DNA of 23,082 nucleotides from a virus (Duplodnaviria > Heunggongvirae > Uroviricota > Caudoviricetes): the IMG/VR virus record IMGVR_UViG_3300025913_000020; one strand, 5' to 3'. Shown one piece after another: positions 7,182 to 13,967 of the stretch; position 1 is the stretch's first letter, and each line of letters opens with the position of its first letter. A program made the translations under genes and the position numbers. A model generated the notes under the pieces. The model saw nothing but the letters and a program-made list of their open reading frames with translations, was not told where the DNA came from and searched no databases.

Positions 7182-7692
7182 CTTTCGATCTGAAAGCGAT
7201 GGCGGCGCGCCGCGTGGTTTCTTTTTCCTGGTCAGTAAAACTGCGCCAGGCTGCGAGAGCGTCTTCAAAAGGTTCGTCAATGCCAGCCATCTTTTGTAGT
7301 TGCTGGATCAGCTCCACACCTTCCCGCTCCTGCTTTGTAGGCGGTCGTGCTTTGGGCGGGCGCGGCGGAGGGTCTTCAGGAATATCCCGAGGCGCTTCCT
7401 GCCATGCCGTGAATTTCACTCGTTTGACGTAGTCCTCATCAAAATCTCGCTTTCCCTTGCGATACTCTGCGTTCAAGCGGTTAGCGACCCACTGGGCAAC
7501 GTAGCGATCCTTGGCACCTGGGTTCAGCCCGACAGAGACCTCTACGAAAATCCGGGTGTTAATGCCAGGATCAGGCGATGAATTGACTGTGACGTAAATG
7601 GCATGGCCCGCATGGTAAATGTGAAAGGGCCAGTCCTTGGCTTCACTTAAGATCGCCTGGACGATGTTGGCCGCATCTTCTTTGATGTTCAC
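7159..7692 (-). CDS. Hypothetical protein (virion-like)
   Basis: 177 aa, GTG start, GTAGTTA 5 nt upstream. Confidence 0.8.
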   Translation of the reverse strand: MNIKEDAANIVQAILSEAKDWPFHIYHAGHAIYVTVNSSPDPGINTRIFVEVSVGLNPGAKDRYVAQWVANRLNAEYRKGKRDFDEDYVKRVKFTAWQEAPRDIPEDPPPRPPKARPPTKQEREGVELIQQLQKMAGIDEPFEDALAAWRSFTDQEKETTRRAAIAFRSKDAKHRLN

Positions 7693-7835
7693 GCCTTTAA
7701 CTACAGCGTAAACATTTTATAGTTCAGGGGGATATACCCCTCTATGGCCGGTTTCGTTTTTATGCGAGAAATAGGAGTTGGGGTTTAATGGTCGGCTCTG
7801 ACCTCGTACTGAACACAGACCTGAAACTAAAATCT

Positions 7836-8210
7836 ATGAAAAAACACGAAACTACCGCTGTTGCGGACAAACCGGAACATGCAACTACCGCTGTTGTGGA
7901 TAAAACGGTCAGCTCGTTTGAAGCTGACCTCACTGCCATTGACAAGCAGATTGCTGATCTGAAAGCGAAACACCAGGCTCTGAATCCGAAAATCACTGCG
8001 GCCCTGGTGGAAGCTCAAAAAGCGTCGGCCACGCTCCGTGACAAAATCAATCCCCCGAATTCACCCACGCTCGCTGACTTGCAGGAACCGACACGGGCAC
8101 TGAATCATCAGATTCAGATCGTTCCTGTTCCGACGAAGGCTGAATCAAAAAAGGCTTTGGAAGACATCCAGGCCGCTTCGTTGGCTCTCCTGGGTGAAGT
8201 TGGCGAATAA
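7836..8210 (+). CDS. Coiled-coil hypothetical protein
   Basis: Likely start MKKHETT (ATG 7836); internal repeat HETTAVADK/HATTAVVDK; followed by a hairpin at about 8224-8252. Confidence 0.75.
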   Translation: MKKHETTAVADKPEHATTAVVDKTVSSFEADLTAIDKQIADLKAKHQALNPKITAALVEAQKASATLRDKINPPNSPTLADLQEPTRALNHQIQIVPVPTKAESKKALEDIQAASLALLGEVGE

Positions 8211-8259
8211 ACGTGTGGTTCTTGCTCGCTCCGTTGATTCAGCGGAGCGGGTCTAAAAT

Positions 8260-8348
8260 TGGCGGATGGTGCAGGAGTTCCACCTGCGCTGCCCGTGGGG
8301 CAGTCCACCGCTTTCGAGGCGGGAGCCTTGGTACTCGGCCAACCATCC
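8260..8348 (-). tRNA. tRNA-Ser(CGA)
   Basis: Loop CU-CGA-AA, long variable arm, G73, CCA. Confidence 0.9.
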
Positions 8349-8354
8349 AAAAAC

Positions 8355-8486
8355 TGACGGGCAAGTATCGCAGAGGATGTTTTAGCGCTTTACCGTTAAG
8401 CTATCCCGGCACAAAGCCGGGACTGGGATTCGAACCCAGAACTCCTCATTTTCCAGTGAGATAACCCTCCAACATTCGGCCCGTCA
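8355..8486 (-). ncRNA. YrlA-like Y RNA
   Basis: End-pairing stem UGACGGGC-C-GAAUG / CUUGCCCGUCA enclosing T arm (GGUUCGAAUCC), loop-closed acceptor-like stem and D arm in permuted order. Confidence 0.85.
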
Positions 8487-8491
8487 AAAGA

Positions 8492-8631
8492 TTTGGTGGA
8501 CAAGTAGCGGCGACGGTGTTTTAGGTGCTCTACCGTTAAGCTACTCTGCGGTCTGTGGTCGCAGAGCAAGGATTCGAACCTCGACAACCCGCTTTATGAT
8601 GCGATAACCATCATCCAGTCGGCCCACCAAA
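8492..8631 (-). ncRNA. YrlA-like Y RNA
   Basis: GGUGGGC-C-GAC / CUUGUCCACC stem; T arm, closed acceptor stem, D arm (UAGCUUAACGGUAGAGC). Confidence 0.85.
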
Positions 8632-8719
8632 ATTAAAAAGCAACCTGCGCTGGTCATCCGCTCGCTACCCATGTCGATTTTACGACCCAAAGCCTCGTCC
8701 GATGCGCGCAGGCTGTAAA

Positions 8720-8809
8720 TGGCGGATGGTGCAAGCTTCGCTCTTGCGCAGGTGTGACCCTGATCTCTGCCTTCCAAGCAGGTGCCTTGCTGGACTCGGC
8801 CAACCATCC
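8720..8809 (-). tRNA. tRNA-Ser(GGA)
   Basis: Loop UU-GGA-AG, long variable arm, G73, CCA. Confidence 0.9.
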
Positions 8810-8825
8810 AAAAAAGTTTACAAAG

Positions 8826-8913
8826 TGGCGGAGGGCACAGGAGTTCAACCTGTTCTGGTTTGACCCAGGCGTCGAGTTTCAAGCTCGCCCCGTTAGCGTT
8901 CCGGCAGCCCTCC
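8826..8913 (-). tRNA. tRNA-Ser(UGA)
   Basis: Loop CU-UGA-AA, long variable arm, G73, CCA. Confidence 0.88.
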
Positions 8914-8956
8914 ACGTGGGGTATTGACAATAAATGGTTAGCTCGTAGTTAATCTG

Positions 8957-9418
8957 ATGGCAACCGCAGAAATTAAAGAAACGCAGCATTCTGAAACACT
9001 CGCGTATCGGCTGTTGGAAAGATTTTCGTCCGAACGCGAGCAGGTTGAACGGTACACCGCTGTCGCTGAATTTTGTCCGATTCCTGCGTTTGTTGTAGCC
9101 CACGACGGCAGGACCGTCGTTTATGTCAACAAAGCTTATTACGACATGATGGGCGTCACACCGGAAGAAGGAAAGAATCTCCAGTGGAAAAAATCCATTC
9201 ACCCTGATGACATAAACCGCGTGGTCTGGGAATGGGAGCACATGATCGAGACCGAGCAGCCGCTTCATTCCGAACGCCGGTACATTGATCACACCGGCCA
9301 CGAATTCAGCGCAACGCTGGTAGCGCGCCGGGTCGAGAACAACGGTTTTGTCGGCTTCATCGTGCCTCACGAAATCAGCAGAGTGGTGCCCTCGGCAGGA
9401 TTCTCACCTGCAACCTGA
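8957..9418 (+). CDS. Stand-alone PAS-domain protein
   Basis: YVNKAYYDMMGVTPEE...WKKSIHPDD...ERRYIDHTG is a typical PAS/PAC signature. Confidence 0.88.
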   Translation: MATAEIKETQHSETLAYRLLERFSSEREQVERYTAVAEFCPIPAFVVAHDGRTVVYVNKAYYDMMGVTPEEGKNLQWKKSIHPDDINRVVWEWEHMIETEQPLHSERRYIDHTGHEFSATLVARRVENNGFVGFIVPHEISRVVPSAGFSPAT

Positions 9419-9459
9419 GTTTTAGGAAAACCCCGCGCTGTAATTTGCGCCACGAGGGC
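9384..9459 (-). tRNA. tRNA-Arg(CCU)
   Basis: GGGUU-UU-CCU-AA-AACUC, CCA. Confidence 0.88.
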
Positions 9460-9463
9460 AAAG

Positions 9464-9539
9464 TGGTGCTCTCGGCTGGAATCTCACCAGCGACATCCCG
9501 CTTAGAAGGCAGGCACTCTGATAACTGAGCTACGAGAGC
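9464..9539 (-). tRNA. tRNA-Arg(UCU)
   Basis: CCUGC-CU-UCU-AA-GCGGG, CCA. Confidence 0.92.
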
Positions 9540-9545
9540 AGAAAA

Positions 9546-9620
9546 TGGCTCCAGGAGTTGGACTCGCACCAACACTAAACCGCTTAACAGGCGGACGTGC
9601 TACTTTAACACTACCCTGGA
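9546..9620 (-). tRNA. tRNA-Asn(GUU)
   Basis: Loop CU-GUU-AA, U1-A72, G73, CCA. Confidence 0.92.
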
Positions 9621-9695
9621 TGGCAGCCCCGACTGGTTATGCTCCAATGCCTTTCGAGTCAGAGTCGAACGCGCTGCTGATTACGCTACGGGGCC
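9621..9695 (-). tRNA. tRNA-Gln(CUG)
   Basis: UUCGA-CU-CUG-AC-UCGAA, weak 1-72 pair, G73; zero spacer to tRNA-Asn. Confidence 0.9.
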
Positions 9696-9704
9696 AATAA
9701 TAAA

Positions 9705-9780
9705 TGGTCGGGATGGTCGGGTACGATCCGACAACCTCCGGGTCCCAAACCCGGCGCGCTGCCAATTACGCCACATCCCG
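9705..9780 (-). tRNA. tRNA-Pro(UGG)
   Basis: CCGGG-UU-UGG-GA-CCCGG, C1-G72, CCA. Confidence 0.93.
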
Positions 9781-9817
9781 CTTGTCATTCAAAAATAAAA
9801 TGTTTACTTTTCTGATC

Positions 9818-10048
9818 ATGAACTACGTTGCGCTCGCGGTCGCCTTTTTGATGATCACATTTCTCGGTCTCGACGCCACTTTGATCGTGATGATGTGGGG
9901 CGTCTTTGCCTGTATCGGTCTCGGCCTGATCGGCGAATTTATCATCACGCCGTGGCGCGACGAAATGCGCGAGAGAAAAAAGGGAAGCCCTTGCGTGCGC
10001 GACTCCATATCCGTGGCCCCGGAATCTGGCCGAGCTGATAAGCTCTAG
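9818..10048 (+). CDS. Small membrane protein
   Basis: MNYVALAVAFLMITFLG...; two hydrophobic stretches; start could be 9800. Confidence 0.55.
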   Translation: MNYVALAVAFLMITFLGLDATLIVMMWGVFACIGLGLIGEFIITPWRDEMRERKKGSPCVRDSISVAPESGRADKL

Positions 10049-10128
10049 TTCGCTGTGCATTACAAGTGGTCTGGACTCGCCGTCCTCCCACCGGCCCGGA
10101 TAAACACCGGGGGACTTCTCATAACAAA

Positions 10129-10205
10129 TGGTCAGTGTGGTGGGCTTCGATCCCACAGCCTCGTGTACCCGAAACACGCGCTCTACCAGGTTGAGCTACA
10201 CACTG
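10129..10205 (-). tRNA. tRNA-Pro(CGG)
   Basis: CGUGU-UU-CGG-GU-ACACG, CCA. Confidence 0.92.
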
Positions 10206-10213
10206 TTGAAAAA

Positions 10214-10288
10214 TGGTCGGGACGGTGAGGATTGCACTCACGATCTCCAGCACCCCATGCTGGCGCGTTACTGCTTCGCTACGCCCCG
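10214..10288 (-). tRNA. tRNA-Pro(GGG)
   Basis: CCAGC-AU-GGG-GU-GCUGG, CCA. Confidence 0.92.
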
Positions 10289-10291
10289 GAG

Positions 10292-10423
10292 CTGATGAGC
10301 AAGTGGCAGGAAGGGAGATACACCGATCAAAGATCGGCTGCCTTACCAATCGGCGGTCATCTCCACGAAAGAGATGACAGGATTCGAACCTGTTATAGAT
10401 AACCCTCACTTACGGCTCATCAG
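10292..10423 (-). ncRNA. YrlA-like Y RNA
   Basis: CUGAUGAGC-C-GUAAG / CUUGCUCAUCAG stem, GGUUAUC, T arm GGUUCGAAUCC, closed acceptor stem, D arm and one extra hairpin. Confidence 0.8.
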
Positions 10424-10426
10424 AAA

Positions 10427-10503
10427 TGGCGGGACTGACCGGACTCGCACCGGCTTACTTGGTCGTGACAGGACCCTGATTCGACTCCTTCATCTTCAGC
10501 CCC
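10427..10503 (-). tRNA. tRNA-Asp(GUC)
   Basis: Loop CU-GUC-AC, G73, CCA. Confidence 0.9.
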
Positions 10504-10509
10504 ATAAAT

Positions 10510-10591
10510 TGGCGTGAGGGGATGGACTTGAACCACCGACCTCCCGATGCCGGTTAAGGCACCAGGTGCTCTTTCACTGAGCTACCCCCAC
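10510..10591 (-). tRNA. Atypical tRNA with 9-bp anticodon stem; isotype undetermined
   Basis: CCUGGUGCC-UUAACC-GGCAUCGGG; normal D arm, UUCAAGU T-loop, G73, CCA. Confidence 0.7.
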
Positions 10592-10596
10592 AAAAT

Positions 10597-10682
10597 TGGT
10601 GCGCCAGGCAAGACTTGCACTTGCGAAGCCCGAAGGCAAGGGATTTACAGTCCCTCGGTTTTGCTGCTCCCACCACTGGCGC
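10597..10682 (-). tRNA. tRNA-Tyr(GUA)
   Basis: AGGGA-CU-GUA-AA-UCCCU, long variable arm, CCA. Confidence 0.92.
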
Positions 10683-10784
10683 GTCCCGCCTCCATCCAAG
10701 CACTGCGGCATTGTCTCCGTTACTTCGAGTGTGCTCTCTGGGAGACTTCAACCGTTTTTCGGACGGGGCGTGAGTATCTAAAAC

Positions 10785-11222
10785 ATGAATATCACTGAAA
10801 ATACCGGTATCGCGAATCTGGCTGAGGTTGAAGGAAATATCCTTCGTGGCGGCCAGCCGAATGCCGCAGGTTGGGACTTTCTTAAAACCTCCGGTATTAC
10901 GCGTGTGATAAAATTGAATTTGGATGGCGATTCACCGGATAAGCCCGGCGACGGCACCGAGCTGGTGAAGTGTCCCATTGATCTCGCGGATCAGATTATT
11001 TTCAGACCGAACTACGATCTGGTCATGCAGGCCGTCAACGCCATCCAGCCGGGCACCTTCATTCACTGCACGCACGGCCAGGATCGCACGGGTCTCGTGG
11101 TGGGTTGCTACCGCGTGTTGAAGCAGGGTTGGACGAAAGATGCGGCTTGGGCGGAAATGCTCCAGCACGGGTTTCATACTGAACTGCTTGGCCTCACTCT
11201 CTTTTGGGAGTGGGCGATCTGA
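10785..11222 (+). CDS. Tyrosine/dual-specificity phosphatase (CX5R)
   Basis: FIHCTHGQDRTG P-loop; N-terminal RGGQP. Confidence 0.92.
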   Translation: MNITENTGIANLAEVEGNILRGGQPNAAGWDFLKTSGITRVIKLNLDGDSPDKPGDGTELVKCPIDLADQIIFRPNYDLVMQAVNAIQPGTFIHCTHGQDRTGLVVGCYRVLKQGWTKDAAWAEMLQHGFHTELLGLTLFWEWAI

Positions 11223-11227
11223 AAGCG

Positions 11228-11306
11228 GCGGGCAAGTTGGCGCACTGGGTCGTTTCGGAATGGCTTAAGAGGCCACTGATGGCGATAATCCAGGGCATCG
11301 GCCCGC
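11228..11306 (-). ncRNA. Short Y RNA-like gene (no tRNA domain)
   Basis: GCGGGC-C-GAUG...GAUUAUC...CUUGCCCGC. Confidence 0.7.
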
Positions 11307-11311
11307 TAAAT

Positions 11312-11387
11312 TGGCACGGCGGGTCGGCAATGATCCGACAACCTTCGGTTTTGGAGACCGGTGCTCTGCCAGTTGAGCTACCGCCGT
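11312..11387 (-). tRNA. tRNA-Trp(CCA)
   Basis: Loop CU-CCA-AA, G73, CCA. Confidence 0.92.
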
Positions 11388-11571
11388 ATTGAAATCGCTC
11401 CCGTTGGGGACTTTTACCCCGATGCGTCGTTGTGTCCACGGGAATTCACGAACACCACGCGTTCTGCCCGACGAGGCATCTGCTCGTCGGAATAAAAATT
11501 GTTGACGAAAAAGTTTTAGGCCCCAAAGTGGTGCCGCCAACAGATTCTCAGCCGCGATCCAGGGAGCGCGG

Positions 11572-12030
11572 CTAACATTTTTCCCACAGGTTGCAGCAGC
11601 CGCCGCCTTCGATCGTACCTTCGACTTTGCCGCATCCAGCCTTCTCGTGAATGTCGGTGTCGGGATTGTCTTTTTCTTTGCCGCCCCAGTATTCGCAGAT
11701 CGCGCACTTGGTAGGACCTTCCTGCACGTATCCAGCCGAGGTCTTCGGCAGCAGCTTCAGCGGAGTGCCGCCGTTTTTGAAAATCGAGTCGCCACCCAGG
11801 AATGCTGCGCAGACGCCGTGTTTTGCATTGCAGGCAGCGGGGGAGGTCAAGAGGCATTCACTGCGATTGGCGTTGAAAAAGATGCAGGCCCCGCAGTGCG
11901 CGCCTTTTTCGTCGCCGATCTGTTCGGGTGTCAGGTAAACCGCAGCAGCCTGTTCGACTCTGCCGCCTTTACTTTCCTCAGCTTCTTCGCCTTCGCGAAG
12001 GCCGAGAATCCGTTTCAAAGTGGTATCCAC
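11572..12030 (-). CDS. Protein with two HiPIP-like 4-Cys repeats
   Basis: CGACIFF...C...GVCAAF and CAICEYW...CGKVEGTIEGGGCCNLW. Confidence 0.7.
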   Translation of the reverse strand: MDTTLKRILGLREGEEAEESKGGRVEQAAAVYLTPEQIGDEKGAHCGACIFFNANRSECLLTSPAACNAKHGVCAAFLGGDSIFKNGGTPLKLLPKTSAGYVQEGPTKCAICEYWGGKEKDNPDTDIHEKAGCGKVEGTIEGGGCCNLWEKC

Positions 12031-12043
12031 GCCGTAAATACGC

Positions 12044-12289
12044 GGTGACTCAGGCAGGGTTGTGCCTGCTTACTGTTTCAGTTTTTCGGCACCCGGAAGC
12101 AAAGTTGATCCTGGCGCTGCTTTGATCCAGGGACTCGTCACGTAGCATCAAATGCCGGACGTTAAGCTTATTTGCGTCGGCTGGCAGATAGTCAATGCCG
12201 CACTCAAGGACGCCGGACCTACTCCAGTTCCTCGTACGACTGTCACTGGAAACCGAGAGGGATTACCGTCCCCCTATCGCTGAGTCACC
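12044..12289 (-). ncRNA. Unassigned 246-nt structured RNA
   Basis: Perfect 10-bp terminal stem GGUGACUCAG/CUGAGUCACC with several internal hairpins; no credible ORF; strand inferred from the array. Confidence 0.55.
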
Positions 12290-12432
12290 AGTGGAAAGAA
12301 CTGAACGAGGCTTTGGGGCGCAGTGTATTCTGCCAAAGCGTTGATGTGGAGTTCATCGTCAGGCTGTGGGAACGCCTAGCCAATACAGGGGACTCCTTTT
12401 CCATCCGTGACCGTGTTTCAGGCTCGCTCAAA

Positions 12433-12558
12433 TGGTGGACCTTGCGGAAATCGCATCCGCTCGGCGCGCCCCCGTAGGGAAGCGCGCCTTTCTCTGGCCG
12501 GTCGCAAGCGGAGTGATTACCGCTGCCTTGATCGGTTTTATGCGCCGGATGAAGGCCC
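12433..12558 (-). ncRNA. 126-nt tRNA-like RNA with Ala identity elements and no anticodon
   Basis: GGGCCUU/AAGGUCC-A-CCA (G3-U70, A73), T arm GCGGA-UGCGAUU-UCCGC, long arm capped by C(UACG)G. Confidence 0.75.
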
Positions 12559-12567
12559 GAAAGGGAG

Positions 12568-12906
12568 GCGTGCGGCGGGGGTCGAACCCGCTCCCCCAGA
12601 TAAGTGTCATCGTCCGGGATTTAGTGCGGCTTCCCTTGGCCAACCAGCCCTGTGACACAAGAACTGGCCAGTTGTAGCCGCCACAGCCATACGAAGGTGC
12701 TGCTGCCAGCCTTTTGGGCCAGCGTCTTCTTCCCGCTCACGCCCAGACCAGGTCTCAGCTCACCTGGGCGCTTATGGACTTGAAGCAACAGTTATCCCCA
12801 CCGGACACCTGGTCTAAGACCGCCAGGCGCTATGTGCCGAGGCCCCGTGTCCCTGCGCAGAAACACAAGGCAAATGCCGTACCGGCTCAGAAGGATAACC
12901 CGCAGC
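12568..12906 (-). ncRNA. Unassigned ~340-nt multi-domain RNA with 3' T arm and possible pseudoknots
   Basis: Several closed domains, T arm GCGGG-UUCGACC-CCCGC, two loop-loop complementarities. Confidence 0.6.
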
Positions 12907-12911
12907 ATAAA

Positions 12912-12990
12912 TGGTGGAGAGCACGGGAATTGCACCCGTCTGAAATTCTCATTGCAAGTGAGACGACCACGCTAAGCAGTCCCGCTCCCC
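12912..12990 (-). tRNA. tRNA-Ala(UGC)
   Basis: UCUCA-CU-UGC-AA-UGAGA, G3-U70, A73, CCA. Confidence 0.92.
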
Positions 12991-13872
12991 TTAAAGTGTC
13001 GCGATGAACGCGTCGATCAAGTCTGATGAATCGGCCACGCATTTCGCTGCCGCTGCTTTCAAGTTGGCGATGTCATCGTCAGATGCACCGTCAATCGGCA
13101 GTGGCTGGTCGAGACGTGGAGAAATGCGAACATAACCGCCTTTCGTCATCAGTCGTTTCAAAATGTAATCCGGCAGATCGTCGTTGGCGTCGAACAGCAG
13201 GCTCAGTGTTTCCAGGCCGGTGTGGAGCAGACCGCTGTCCACGAGTTTGTCCGCTGAAAATTTGCTCTGGGCCTGGCCGCATCCAACCGAAAAGATGTTG
13301 AGTGATTCGCCGGGCCAGTCACGGATGGCTTCAGCCGCCGCGCACGCTGCCGGATTGTTGGCGACGTTGCCGCCATCCCAGAGTTGTTTATTGTCCAGGA
13401 TGAAGGCCGGGAAGTAGGTCTGCGCTGCTGACGTGGCTCGGGATACCTGCCAGAGCGCGTAATCGTCATCCATCACCGGCGACTTGAAAAAGTAAGGATC
13501 GTAGGAGACCAGGTCGAACGCCGGAACGAGCAGAAACTTTTTCAGATCGGAGAGACGGGTGTTGCCCAGGCGCGCCTTGAGGCAGTCTTCGATCTTGTTT
13601 GATCCGTAGCGGGCTTCGAAAATACCGTCGTGTCCAAAAATACGTTCGTGACCGAAGATCGTCGGACCATCCACTGTGAAAAACTCCAGGGCTTCAGTCG
13701 CTGACTTGCCGGAAGCGAGCAAGCAGGCCAGGATGCCGCCGATGGAGGTTCCGGCGAACATATCGAACATGTCGAAGCAAGCTTTGCCGGTGCGCTTTTC
13801 CAGCTCAACCAGGACGGAGCAGGGGATGTAACCCTTCATGCCGCCGCCATCAATGGACAGGATGTTCTTCAT
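12991..13872 (-). CDS. Patatin-like phospholipase
   Basis: DGGGMKG, GTSIG nucleophile elbow, ATSAA..YFP, DGG. Confidence 0.95.
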   Translation of the reverse strand: MKNILSIDGGGMKGYIPCSVLVELEKRTGKACFDMFDMFAGTSIGGILACLLASGKSATEALEFFTVDGPTIFGHERIFGHDGIFEARYGSNKIEDCLKARLGNTRLSDLKKFLLVPAFDLVSYDPYFFKSPVMDDDYALWQVSRATSAAQTYFPAFILDNKQLWDGGNVANNPAACAAAEAIRDWPGESLNIFSVGCGQAQSKFSADKLVDSGLLHTGLETLSLLFDANDDLPDYILKRLMTKGGYVRISPRLDQPLPIDGASDDDIANLKAAAAKCVADSSDLIDAFIATL

Positions 13873-13876
13873 GTCC

Positions 13877-13883
13877 TATTTAC
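13877..13883 (-). promoter_or_regulatory. GTAnnTA motif (representative of 10 copies), putative phage late promoter
   Basis: GTAAATA 4 nt before ATG; other copies are listed in findings. Confidence 0.6.
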
Positions 13884-13888
13884 GAAAG

Positions 13889-13962
13889 TGGTGCGGGCGG
13901 ACGGTAATGCTCCGTCGTCTCAGCGTTGGCAACGCCGTGTTCTGCTATTAAACCACGCCCGC
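13889..13962 (-). tRNA. tRNA-Gly(GCC)
   Basis: CGGCG-UU-GCC-AA-CGCUG, A73, CCA. Confidence 0.92.
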
Positions 13963-13967
13963 AGAAA

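Noticed and set aside
8355-8631. Circularly permuted tRNA genes
   Set aside because: There are no proper 7-nt anticodon loops, and the enclosing bulged stem fits YrlA better.
10292-10300. Hammerhead core CUGAUGA
   Set aside because: It is fully paired as the Y RNA terminal stem, with no correctly placed GAAA.
10510-10591. Ochre suppressor tRNA implying recoding
   Set aside because: Loop geometry is non-standard, and ORFs here end normally at TAA, TAG and TGA.
12433-12906. Canonical tmRNA or RNase P RNA
   Set aside because: The Ala acceptor element is self-contained at 126 nt with no tag frame. The larger RNA lacks tmRNA ends, and AUAACU-GUU gives only VASSP-stop. No GAGGAAAGUCC motif is present.
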